Under the pieces are notes generated by a model. It was given only the letters and a program-made list of their open reading frames with translations. It ran no database searches and had not been told where the DNA came from. Positions 17,975-25,795 of a DNA stretch of 64,000 nt are shown here, one piece after another; within the stretch, counting starts at the first letter, position 1; every line of letters begins with the position of its first letter. The stretch comes from Oscillospiraceae bacterium (lineage in GTDB: Bacteria > Bacillota > Clostridia > Oscillospirales > CAG-272): NCBI GenBank assembly GCA_015064095.1, contig SVSW01000003.1, positions 4,882 through 68,881 on the forward strand, written 5' to 3'. Position numbers and translations under genes: made by a program.

Positions 17975-19225
17975 TCAAAGCTCCTCCAAGTGATCTTTCA
18001 AATTTTTGATTTTATTGTAGGATTCATTTAACTCTTCAATTAAATGTTTGATAATTGGATCTTTTGAATTTTTTGTAGTGTGAGCAATATTAGTGATAAG
18101 TCCGTATGGAACAGACTTGAATTCTGCGGACGTATAGCAACCGCAGAAGCTCACAATATTATCAACATCTGAAAATTTCAAATCATCTTGGCAATGTCTG
18201 ATCCACAATGATTGCCCATATTCCGAAGAATACCAATCATCGTTCTTCAAATTTTTTATCAATTTACAAAGTTTATCATATGTAGTTTTATTGTGTTTAA
18301 TAAGCTTTTTGATAGCGGTTTCCGTAAATTGAGACTTTTCCTCTATGATAAGATCTAACAATTCTGTAATAAACGGATATATAAATGTGTGTTTACTGTC
18401 TCTTCCGTCTTTGTATCTAACTCTGTCTCTGATCTCAAATTCGTCGGTGAAATAATCGAGCACTTCATTACTTGACTTTGAAATATGACGAACCATTCTC
18501 TCATTGTATGATTCATAAAAATCAGTCCCATGGAAATTCAAATAATGAATGAAATAGTACATACCGGTAGTTTCACGTGCTCTTAATGATTCCATCATTT
18601 TAAGGTCGTTATGGTCTGCAGCAAGAGCTATCAAATTCAAGCGCAACTCATCTTCTTCATTTAATTTTGCTTGAAGACCGTAATCTGTAAAGCTTCTATG
18701 CCGTCTCTCAATAGATGTACCTGCGCCAAAGTTGATAACGTAATCATTGTCTTTTCTGCTATCAAACCAAATGTACTCTTTATCCATTAAATATTTTAAA
18801 AGCTCGTAATTGCGAAATTCCAAAGCATAATCAAGAATTGTTTTGCAATACTCATCTTGGTTAAGTATGAGTTTATCCTCACGATTGATAAAAGCTTCCC
18901 ATTCGGCAGGATCCTTTGAAAAGGCTATGGCGTAATTCGTTACACGTTTTGCTTGTGGAACACTATATTCTCCAGCGCTCAAAATCTGCTCACACGAAAC
19001 GCCAAGCAAATCCGTAAATATGGGAAGATCGTAGGTTTGTATAGCCTTTGCGCCTTTTGTGATTTGTGAGATACGGTTTGCCATTTTACGTATTTCCTCA
19101 TCGTTCATAACACCGCCAACAGCATTAATATATGCTTTGCAAAACTGTCGTTTGGAAGGATATTTTTTCTCTATCAGCTCCGAAAGATATGTCCCTATTT
19201 TTTGATTATTTTCATGTTTAAACAT
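17975..19225 (-). CDS. XRE-family HTH protein with a large uncharacterised C-terminal region
   Basis: Start at ATG 19225 (MFKHENNQ), 10 nt after GGAGG. Cro/C1-type HTH-like N-terminus (IGTYLSELIEKKYPSKRQFCKAY...LPIFTDLLGVSCEQIL). I could not assign the remaining ~330 aa; some helical-repeat flavour only. Confidence 0.7.
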   Translation of the reverse strand: MFKHENNQKIGTYLSELIEKKYPSKRQFCKAYINAVGGVMNDEEIRKMANRISQITKGAKAIQTYDLPIFTDLLGVSCEQILSAGEYSVPQAKRVTNYAIAFSKDPAEWEAFINREDKLILNQDEYCKTILDYALEFRNYELLKYLMDKEYIWFDSRKDNDYVINFGAGTSIERRHRSFTDYGLQAKLNEEDELRLNLIALAADHNDLKMMESLRARETTGMYYFIHYLNFHGTDFYESYNERMVRHISKSSNEVLDYFTDEFEIRDRVRYKDGRDSKHTFIYPFITELLDLIIEEKSQFTETAIKKLIKHNKTTYDKLCKLIKNLKNDDWYSSEYGQSLWIRHCQDDLKFSDVDNIVSFCGCYTSAEFKSVPYGLITNIAHTTKNSKDPIIKHLIEELNESYNKIKNLKDHLEEL

Positions 19226-19354
19226 GCTCCGAAAACCTCCGTTATTTGTTGGCTCTATTATATCACAAATCAAAATTCAATGATAGTCCACAATTTGCAC
19301 ACACAAAAAGCATATATTATTTTGCCGTGTGCATCGTGTATGCTTTTCGCATAC

Positions 19355-19383
19355 ATTGTAACATATCTTTGAGCTCTCGTCAA
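19355..19383 (-). promoter_or_regulatory. Sigma-A-type promoter for the HTH / acidic-protein operon
   Basis: On the minus strand: TTGACG (19383-19378), 17 nt, TACAAT (19360-19355) with TGT upstream. A second extended -10 (TGATATAAT) lies closer to the RBS. Confidence 0.55.
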
Positions 19384-19423
19384 GTATAAGTTTGAAATTT
19401 GTACAAATAATAAAAGCTGTTTC

Positions 19424-19455
19424 AGTGACGACCAAACCTCGTTTTCTATCACTTT
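19424..19455 (+). repeat. Right copy of the 32-nt imperfect direct repeat
   Basis: AGTGACGACCAAACCTCGTTTTCTATCACTTT; 29/32 identical to 17646-17677, 1778 bp away. Confidence 0.8.
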
Positions 19456-19565
19456 TCTATCAATTTTGCGTTGATTTTGATAGAAGATCTTGAAAAATGG
19501 GGCGAAAACGGGCAAAATTCGGTAGAAAAAGGCACGTAGAGGCACTAAAAGGGATTAAATCCCGA

Positions 19566-19621
19566 TGACTCGAAATCAGTTTGGGAGCAATCCCACGTGG
19601 CTTCGAATCCCACTCTCTCCG
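19566..19621 (+). pseudogene. Displaced 3' fragment of tRNA-Ser (right att-like repeat)
   Basis: Matches 15876-15931 except for G to C at 19601, which disrupts the T-stem. Lacks the first 30 nt of the tRNA and ends GACA instead of GCCA. Confidence 0.85.
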
Positions 19622-19623
19622 AC

Positions 19624-19658
19624 AAAGGGATTAAGTTGAACGCAACTTAATCCCTTTA
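19624..19658 (+). terminator. Hairpin after the tRNA fragment (probable original tRNA-Ser terminator)
   Basis: AAAGGGATTAAGTTG / CAACTTAATCCCTTT 15-bp stem with loop AACGC. Confidence 0.5.
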
Positions 19659-19660
19659 CT

Positions 19661-19688
19661 TTTTCACTATTCACTTTTCACTATTCAC
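19661..19688 (+). repeat. Tandem 2 x 14-nt repeat
   Basis: TTTTCACTATTCAC occurs twice in perfect tandem. Confidence 0.8.
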
Positions 19689-19784
19689 TAAAATTTCGAT
19701 TCAGTTGAGGTAAATATCGGAAAGGTGTTCCACGCTGTTCTGTGAACCTCTGCCAAAAAACGGGAAGCTACCGTATCTCAACCT

Positions 19785-20537
19785 TCATTTACTTTTATCG
19801 GCAACGATGAATTGCGTTTTGGAAAACCGTTTTTTCGTGGAATCGGGAAAATCAAAGTCGCTGATAACGCAATCCACTCTGTCAAAATCAAAAAGTATAT
19901 GCTGCTCGGAATGCTCAAGCTTGTCATGGTCAACCAAATAATACACTTTATCTGCGTTTTTTGACATGACCTCATGCATCAGCATATAGTCGCTATCCCA
20001 AATTTTTCCGTCAGCGGTTACTCCGCCTGTGGAAAAGAATAGCTTATCGGCATGAAAATGCAAAAGATTACTGACCGTGATGTCCCCCAAAAGCATGTGC
20101 GGTTCTTCAAAAACGGGGCCTCCCAGGCAAATAACGCGAACTCCGTACTGACTTAAATAGGACACCAATGCCATATTGTTCGTTATGATCGTAACGTCCT
20201 TGATCGCCGCGATGTATTCTCCCATTATCTGCGTTGTGGTCGTGCTGTCAATAAATACCGTGTCGCCGGGGTTTATCATTTCGCATGCAATTCTTGCAAG
20301 GCGTCTTTTTTCCACGCGCATTTTATTATAGCGGTAGACTAACGGCACGCTCTTTTGCTCAACAACCTCCGCTCCCCCGTACGTGCGCTTTATCTGTCCT
20401 CGCTTTTCGAGCAGATTGAGATCTCGGTTAATGGTGGCGCTGCTGTAATGAAGGATGTCCATCAACTGCTTGACGGTTACGTAGCCTCGCGCGTTTAAAA
20501 TTTCAAGCAAGCTATCCAATCTCTCTTTTTGATACAT
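19785..20537 (-). CDS. DeoR/GlpR-family transcriptional regulator
   Basis: N-terminal HTH (RLDSLLEILNARGYVTVKQLMDILHYSSATINRDLNLLE) plus a sugar-phosphate-binding C-terminal domain; 250 aa. Confidence 0.85.
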   Translation of the reverse strand: MYQKERLDSLLEILNARGYVTVKQLMDILHYSSATINRDLNLLEKRGQIKRTYGGAEVVEQKSVPLVYRYNKMRVEKRRLARIACEMINPGDTVFIDSTTTTQIMGEYIAAIKDVTIITNNMALVSYLSQYGVRVICLGGPVFEEPHMLLGDITVSNLLHFHADKLFFSTGGVTADGKIWDSDYMLMHEVMSKNADKVYYLVDHDKLEHSEQHILFDFDRVDCVISDFDFPDSTKKRFSKTQFIVADKSK

Positions 20538-20592
20538 ATTTCTTCCTCTTTTTTGATAATTTTTGAGAAAATCTCTTTATTTTGGACATATA

Positions 20593-20644
20593 TTGAATAT
20601 TTTTGAAAATTCTGCTATAATTATATCAACATTTGCAAAAATGT
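20593..20644 (+). promoter_or_regulatory. Promoter and palindromic candidate operator upstream of the dehydrogenase-aldolase pair
   Basis: TTGAAT (20593-20598), 17 nt, TATAAT (20616-20621). Inverted repeat ACATTT-GCAA-AAATGT at 20629-20644. Confidence 0.5.
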
Positions 20645-20674
20645 CAATAGATTTCATAATATTGGAGGAAACTC

Positions 20675-21718
20675 ATGAAATTACTTGTCATTCACAGATC
20701 CGAAGAAGTGTTTGAACTCATGAAGGAGTTTTGTGAAAATTCAACCGAGCAGTGCTTCCGTGAGCTTGAGCTGGACTACGTAAAGGACACGGCTCCCCTG
20801 CGATTCGGAGCCATCGTTGAATATTGCATGAAGATGGAAAAGGAAGGGCCTGAATGGTTGGAGCCCGACCCGCTCGTGCTTGAAAAGGTTGCCGACGCCG
20901 ACATTATTTTGACCGAGCACGGCGGAATTAACAAAAAGGTCATCGACAGCGCAAAAAATCTGAAAATGATTGCCACCCTTCGCAGCGCAGCCGAAAATAT
21001 AAATGTCAAATATGCAAAGGAAAAAGGCATTTGCGTCAGTGTATCGCCCTCCAGACTCGGAGCTGCGGTTGCCGATATGACGGTTGCCATGATCCTCTCG
21101 GAATGCAGAGGCCTTCTGCGCCGCAACCTGAGATATAACAACGGTGAATGGGTCGAGGAGAAATACGACGATGCCAGCCACTGCGTTCTTTCTAACTTGA
21201 AGATCGGTCTTGTGGGCTACGGCGGAATTGCACGCATCGTTGCAAAGAGATTGATCCACGGCTTTGACTGTGAGGTATGTGCATACGAAAACATCACACC
21301 GCCCGAGGTTCTCGAGGCTGACGGTGTAAAGAAAGTTTCCCTTGAGGAGCTTTGCAAGACATGTGATGTCATTTCCTTGCACGCAAGACTGGTTCCCGAA
21401 AACACAGGTATGTTTGGATACGAACAGTTTGCCATGATGAAACCCAACGCGATCCTTATCAACACGGCAAGAGCCGCATTGGTAGACGAGGACGCTATGA
21501 TAGACGCACTGCAAACAGGCAAGATCAGAGGCGCCGCCCTTGACGTTTACCACCACGAGCCTCTGCCTAAGGACTACCCGCTTCTTAAAATGGACAACGT
21601 TACGATGATGCCCCACTCTGCAGGCATGACGGGCGACGTTTACAAAAACACAATAAAGATCATCACCAAGGATATTGCGAAATTCCTTAAGGGTGAAGAG
21701 CTTGGCTTTAATCTGTAA
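20675..21718 (+). CDS. D-isomer-specific 2-hydroxyacid dehydrogenase family protein
   Basis: NAD-binding GLVGYGGIARIVAKRL, a catalytic-region NTARAALVDE...HSAG pattern, and an N-terminal ~60-aa extension. Confidence 0.8.
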   Translation: MKLLVIHRSEEVFELMKEFCENSTEQCFRELELDYVKDTAPLRFGAIVEYCMKMEKEGPEWLEPDPLVLEKVADADIILTEHGGINKKVIDSAKNLKMIATLRSAAENINVKYAKEKGICVSVSPSRLGAAVADMTVAMILSECRGLLRRNLRYNNGEWVEEKYDDASHCVLSNLKIGLVGYGGIARIVAKRLIHGFDCEVCAYENITPPEVLEADGVKKVSLEELCKTCDVISLHARLVPENTGMFGYEQFAMMKPNAILINTARAALVDEDAMIDALQTGKIRGAALDVYHHEPLPKDYPLLKMDNVTMMPHSAGMTGDVYKNTIKIITKDIAKFLKGEELGFNL

Positions 21719-21761
21719 TAAAAAACAAAAAATATAAAATTTAAACAATAAGGAGAAAAAA

Positions 21762-22403
21762 ATGAAATTCGACAAGCAAGCTATCCGCGACGTTCTTACC
21801 GTTGCAAAAAGATTGGACGTAAAAGGTGTTTTGTCCGCGTATGAAGGAAACATCTCCGTTCTCAAAGACGGTCTCGTTTACATAACGCCCAGCGGAAAGA
21901 ACAAGGCGTTCCTTACCGAAAAGGACATCGCGATCTTAGATATGAACGGCAACCAGGTTGGCGGAAGATACCCTGCCAGCTCTGAGTACAAGCTCCACCT
22001 GCACGCATACCAGGTTCGCCCTGACGTGTTCGGCGTAGTACACGCACACCCCGGTTATCTCACGGCGTTCGCGCTGTGCGGCAAGCCCGTTGAGTGCGAC
22101 GCTTATCCCGAAATTCTTGCGGTCTACAACAAAATTGAGGTTGCCGCATACGGAAGACCCGGAACGGACGACATTTACGCAGGGGTTGCTCCGATCCTTG
22201 AGAAGGAAAACATATTCTTGCTTGAAAATCACGGTGCCGTGACAGTAGGAAGCACTGTTTTCGAGGCAATGAACCTCATCGAAACAGCAGAGTCGTCGGC
22301 AAGAATCGTTGCTCTGGCAAATCAGATCGGAACTCCGAAGTATCTGCCCCAGGAAGAGCTTAACGATCTTTACGCAATTCACGAAAAGAGAATGGGAAGA
22401 TAA
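21762..22403 (+). CDS. Class II aldolase/adducin-family protein (fuculose-phosphate-aldolase-like)
   Basis: 213 aa with His-rich metal motif (VVHAHPGYLTAF; LHLHAY). Confidence 0.8.
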   Translation: MKFDKQAIRDVLTVAKRLDVKGVLSAYEGNISVLKDGLVYITPSGKNKAFLTEKDIAILDMNGNQVGGRYPASSEYKLHLHAYQVRPDVFGVVHAHPGYLTAFALCGKPVECDAYPEILAVYNKIEVAAYGRPGTDDIYAGVAPILEKENIFLLENHGAVTVGSTVFEAMNLIETAESSARIVALANQIGTPKYLPQEELNDLYAIHEKRMGR

Positions 22404-22418
22404 CAAAACAAAAATAAC

Positions 22419-22455
22419 GGGAGCAGTCCTAATCGGACTGCTCCCATTATTTTTT
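22419..22455. terminator. Bidirectional terminator
   Basis: 11-bp stem GGGAGCAGTCC / GGACTGCTCCC followed by a T-rich tail, between convergent genes. Confidence 0.65.
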
Positions 22456-22468
22456 AAAGAATTTCTGC

Positions 22469-23971
22469 TCAATCCATATAATAAATTTTTGCGTTTTTAT
22501 CACCGAATGTATTTTCTATTATACTGTCGGTCTTTTCGAAAAATGCGTGGATCGGGGGTTCTTCAACATTATTTGCGCCGTACTGTCCGAGGGTCATGCC
22601 GTATTTTTGAATATACGTGTTGTCATGCATCTTAGGCAGGCTCTCCGTATTTTTGGCAACAAGGTGTACAAGTCGGTACGCGCCGCGATCGAAGATATTA
22701 TCATGAACATAATACTCGGACGCGGTGTTCTCATAGCTCCAGCCCTTGATGTGTGCCGGAGTATAGGTATTATGTCTTTGCTGTCCCCAACCGTATCCTG
22801 CAAGGCGAAGTATATTCCCTGCTATCTCGCAGTTCTTTATATAACTTTCCTGATCGCCGTTGTTTTTTTCAAGGAAGTATTCGATCGAATATACGCACTT
22901 CTCGACAAGATTATCAAGATAACGAATATTTTCCAATGTATACTTTTTGCCTCTTGTTGTGATCTGATGTGTCATTCCGGCATCATATATCTGGTAAATA
23001 TAGCAGTCTTTTACAAGATAGTCCTCACATCCTCCGTATATCTCAATTCCGTTACCGAAACGCGTAACACTTCCGCGACGTCCCTGAGGATAGTTCGGAT
23101 CTGTTCCTGCGTACGTCTGGACTGTGCCGCCAACCCAGCCTATCTCGCAGTTGGTAACGTGCAAGCCGACCACGTGACCACCTCCGCCTATTGCGTGGCA
23201 GCCGATGTATTTTATGCAAAGGTTATCTATTCTTACGTTCGCATTATTCGTAATTCTTATCATGTTGCGGCGCGGAAGTGCCTCGATCTCGGAAAACACC
23301 TCACCGGGATTGCCCTTATCGCAACGAAGATAAAGTTCGCCAAACGACTCGTAGTCGAGCACTGGTATCGGAAAATCCTCGCCCTTTGACGGCTTTGTAT
23401 CGGTGCGGGCAACGTAGCAGCAGAAAAGATCGAGATCCTCCGTCATTTCATCTGCCATTACAAAGTCCTTTTCCTCATTGTCGCGGCATACGAATTTTCC
23501 TCCGCGATACGACGGAATAAGCTTGCGAGAATGCAACTCGCTATCATTAAATACAAGTGTGCCGCTATCAAGGATCAAATCGCGCAGCTTCCAAATATTG
23601 TGCTCTGCATCGTAAAGCTCCCAAAGCGCAGGATCTGCAAGGCTTTTATCCCAGCCGTAAAATTTCGGCTTTTCTCCCTCGCCGTATGCACAATACGTAA
23701 CACCCGGTTTGGTTGTGATCATTCCGCGGAAAAGGTCGCCTCGGCGGAATTTAACTCCATCGCCTTCTTCAAGTTCTGCCTCTGTTACTTTTGAAAGCGT
23801 TTTCCATGCGGTCTGCGGTGTTTTTCCGTCATTTGCGTCATTACCGTCATTGCTGACGTAATATACAGTACCCGCGATCTCCATTTCGTCCTTTGCGGCA
23901 CGGATCGCAGCCTTTTTCGCCTCTGCGAGCGCCTCTATTTCGCAAAGAAATTCTTTGGTTGCCTTTATCAT
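22469..23971 (-). CDS. Right-handed parallel beta-helix (pectate-lyase-fold) protein, no signal peptide
   Basis: N-terminal YYVSNDGNDANDGKTPQTAWKTL motif typical of beta-helix-repeat proteins. Start at ATG after GGGAGGA. No hydrophobic leader. Confidence 0.65.
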   Translation of the reverse strand: MIKATKEFLCEIEALAEAKKAAIRAAKDEMEIAGTVYYVSNDGNDANDGKTPQTAWKTLSKVTEAELEEGDGVKFRRGDLFRGMITTKPGVTYCAYGEGEKPKFYGWDKSLADPALWELYDAEHNIWKLRDLILDSGTLVFNDSELHSRKLIPSYRGGKFVCRDNEEKDFVMADEMTEDLDLFCCYVARTDTKPSKGEDFPIPVLDYESFGELYLRCDKGNPGEVFSEIEALPRRNMIRITNNANVRIDNLCIKYIGCHAIGGGGHVVGLHVTNCEIGWVGGTVQTYAGTDPNYPQGRRGSVTRFGNGIEIYGGCEDYLVKDCYIYQIYDAGMTHQITTRGKKYTLENIRYLDNLVEKCVYSIEYFLEKNNGDQESYIKNCEIAGNILRLAGYGWGQQRHNTYTPAHIKGWSYENTASEYYVHDNIFDRGAYRLVHLVAKNTESLPKMHDNTYIQKYGMTLGQYGANNVEEPPIHAFFEKTDSIIENTFGDKNAKIYYMD

Positions 23972-24080
23972 GATATTTCCTCCCAACAGTTAACCTTAAC
24001 GTTAATTGTACCATGTTAAAGAAGAAAAGTCAAGAACAATCCGCCATAATATCTTAAATAAAATAATTTACAAAATGCTC

Positions 24081-24109
24081 TTGATATTTTGCGCAAAAAA
24101 AGGTATACT
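24081..24109 (+). promoter_or_regulatory. Sigma-A-type promoter upstream of gpmI
   Basis: TTGATA (24081-24086), 17 nt, TATACT (24104-24109). Confidence 0.55.
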
Positions 24110-24139
24110 ATAAGTTAATATTTACATTTGGAGGAACTT

Positions 24140-25795
24140 ATGGCAAAATCTCTTGAAAAACTCGGCGGCTTTCACGGTGTTGAGGGCCCCGTTCTCACTA
24201 TTGTAATGGACGGCGTGGGACTCGCCTCGGACAATGCGGGCAACGCGGTAAAGCGTGCCTATACGCCGACGCTCGATTCCCTGCTCGAAAAATATCCTTG
24301 GGTAAAGCTCAAGGCTCACGGTACTGCGGTCGGTCTGCCCTCTGATGACGATATGGGCAACTCCGAGGTCGGTCACAACGCACTCGGTGCAGGACAGGTA
24401 TTTGCACAGGGCGCAAAGCTCGTATCAAATTCCATTGAATCCGGCAAAATGTTCGAATCCGGCACCTGGAAGGCTTTGATCTCAAACGTTAATAACGGCG
24501 GCACGCTCCACTTTATCGGACTTTTCTCGGACGGAAACGTTCATTCTCACATAGATCACCTGACAGCCATGCTCAAGCAGGCAAAGGCTGAGGGCATCAA
24601 CACCGTTCGCGTTCACATTCTGCTTGACGGCCGCGACGTTGATCCCACCTCGGCACTTAATTACGTTCTCCCCTTCGAAAGCTTCCTTTCGGAGCTGCGC
24701 TCACCCGATTTTGATATACGCATCGCATCGGGCGGCGGACGCATGAACATCACTATGGACCGCTATGAAGCAAACTGGGGCATGGTTGAAGCCGGTTGGA
24801 AAACTCATGTTCTCGGAGAAGGACGTACCTTTGCATCTGCCGAGGAGGCTATCAACACCTACCGTTCGGAAAATCCGGGACTTCTCGACCAGGATCTTCC
24901 TCCTTTCGTTATTGCAGACGAAGAAAAGCCCGTCGGCACTATCGAGGACGGCGACAGCGTTATTTTCTTCAACTTCCGCGGCGACCGTTCCATTGAGATC
25001 TCCAAGGCGTTTGACGGTGACGCATCTTTCTCGGCGTTTGACCGCGTTCGCGTTCCGAACGTGATGTATTCCGGTATGCTTGAGTATGACGGCGACCTTC
25101 ATATTCCTCACAATTTCCTTGTAAATCCTCCGCAGATAACCAACACTATGAGCGAATATCTTTGCGCAACGGGCGTAAACGAGCTTGCTATCTCCGAAAC
25201 GCAGAAATACGGTCACGTCACCTATTTCTGGAACGGAAACAACTCCGGAAAATTCTCTGAGGAGCTTGAAACTTATATTGAGATACCCTCCGATGTCGTC
25301 CCCTTCGAGCAAAGACCGTGGATGAAGTGTGCCGACATCACGGACGCACTCATCGATGCTCTCAGGAGCGGTAAATACCGCTATTTGCGCGTTAACTTCC
25401 CGAATGGCGACATGGTCGGTCACACCGGCAACATTCAAGCAACCATCTGCTCTATGGAAGCCCTTGATCTTCAGCTTGCAAGAATTCTTGCAGTTATAGA
25501 CGAGCTGCACGGCGCGGCTATCATCACTGCCGACCACGGAAACGCCGACGAAATGTACGAAATGGACAAGAAGTCCGGCGCTCCGAAGCAGGACAAATCG
25601 GGCAACTATAAAGCCAAGACGAGCCACACCTTAAATCCCGTTCCCTGCATTATTTACGACAACTTTACGTCAGACAAATATACTGTTAAGAACGGAGACG
25701 GATACGGCCTTTCAAATGTTGCGGCAACAACCGTTAACTTGCTTGGATATAAAGCTCCGAAGATGTGGGACGCATCTGTGATCGAGGTAAAATAA
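24140..25795 (+). CDS. gpmI: 2,3-bisphosphoglycerate-independent phosphoglycerate mutase
   Basis: ~550 aa. Metal/phospho-Ser region (SDDDMGNSEVGHNALGAG) and C-terminal ADHGNAD motif. Start at ATG after GGAGGA. Confidence 0.85.
   Translation: MAKSLEKLGGFHGVEGPVLTIVMDGVGLASDNAGNAVKRAYTPTLDSLLEKYPWVKLKAHGTAVGLPSDDDMGNSEVGHNALGAGQVFAQGAKLVSNSIESGKMFESGTWKALISNVNNGGTLHFIGLFSDGNVHSHIDHLTAMLKQAKAEGINTVRVHILLDGRDVDPTSALNYVLPFESFLSELRSPDFDIRIASGGGRMNITMDRYEANWGMVEAGWKTHVLGEGRTFASAEEAINTYRSENPGLLDQDLPPFVIADEEKPVGTIEDGDSVIFFNFRGDRSIEISKAFDGDASFSAFDRVRVPNVMYSGMLEYDGDLHIPHNFLVNPPQITNTMSEYLCATGVNELAISETQKYGHVTYFWNGNNSGKFSEELETYIEIPSDVVPFEQRPWMKCADITDALIDALRSGKYRYLRVNFPNGDMVGHTGNIQATICSMEALDLQLARILAVIDELHGAAIITADHGNADEMYEMDKKSGAPKQDKSGNYKAKTSHTLNPVPCIIYDNFTSDKYTVKNGDGYGLSNVAATTVNLLGYKAPKMWDASVIEVK

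Larger units (their letters stand above)
15932..19621 (+). mobile_element. Integrase-less genomic islet inserted at tRNA-Ser (remnant or satellite-type element)
   Basis: Bounded by the 56-nt tRNA-derived direct repeats. Carries four ORFs unrelated to neighbouring housekeeping genes. The right half is visibly AT-rich. No recombinase ORF. Confidence 0.7.

Noticed and set aside
19270-19545. 91-aa minus-strand ORF upstream of the HTH gene
   Set aside because: It spans the promoter, the 32-nt repeat and the 5' UTR of the HTH gene. It has no SD and a hydrophobic, low-complexity sequence. It is more plausibly non-coding.
19661-19688. Possible CRISPR or other repeat array
   Set aside because: There are only two 14-nt units in direct tandem with no spacers. 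No CRISPR-like repeat-spacer structure and no cas genes occur anywhere in the window.
20741-21865. 374-aa minus-strand ORF
   Set aside because: It is fully antisense to the 2-hydroxyacid dehydrogenase gene, which has clear family motifs. It has no SD and no motifs, and is a typical long shadow ORF.
24701-25627. 308-aa minus-strand ORF. Similar long antisense ORFs occur at 22547-23389, 45583-46473, 46389-47180, 56258-57226 and 62329-63060
   Set aside because: All lie opposite strongly supported genes (gpmI, beta-helix protein, ychF, trmB, copA, EEP paralog) and have no motifs of their own. They are treated as frame shadows rather than overlapping genes.
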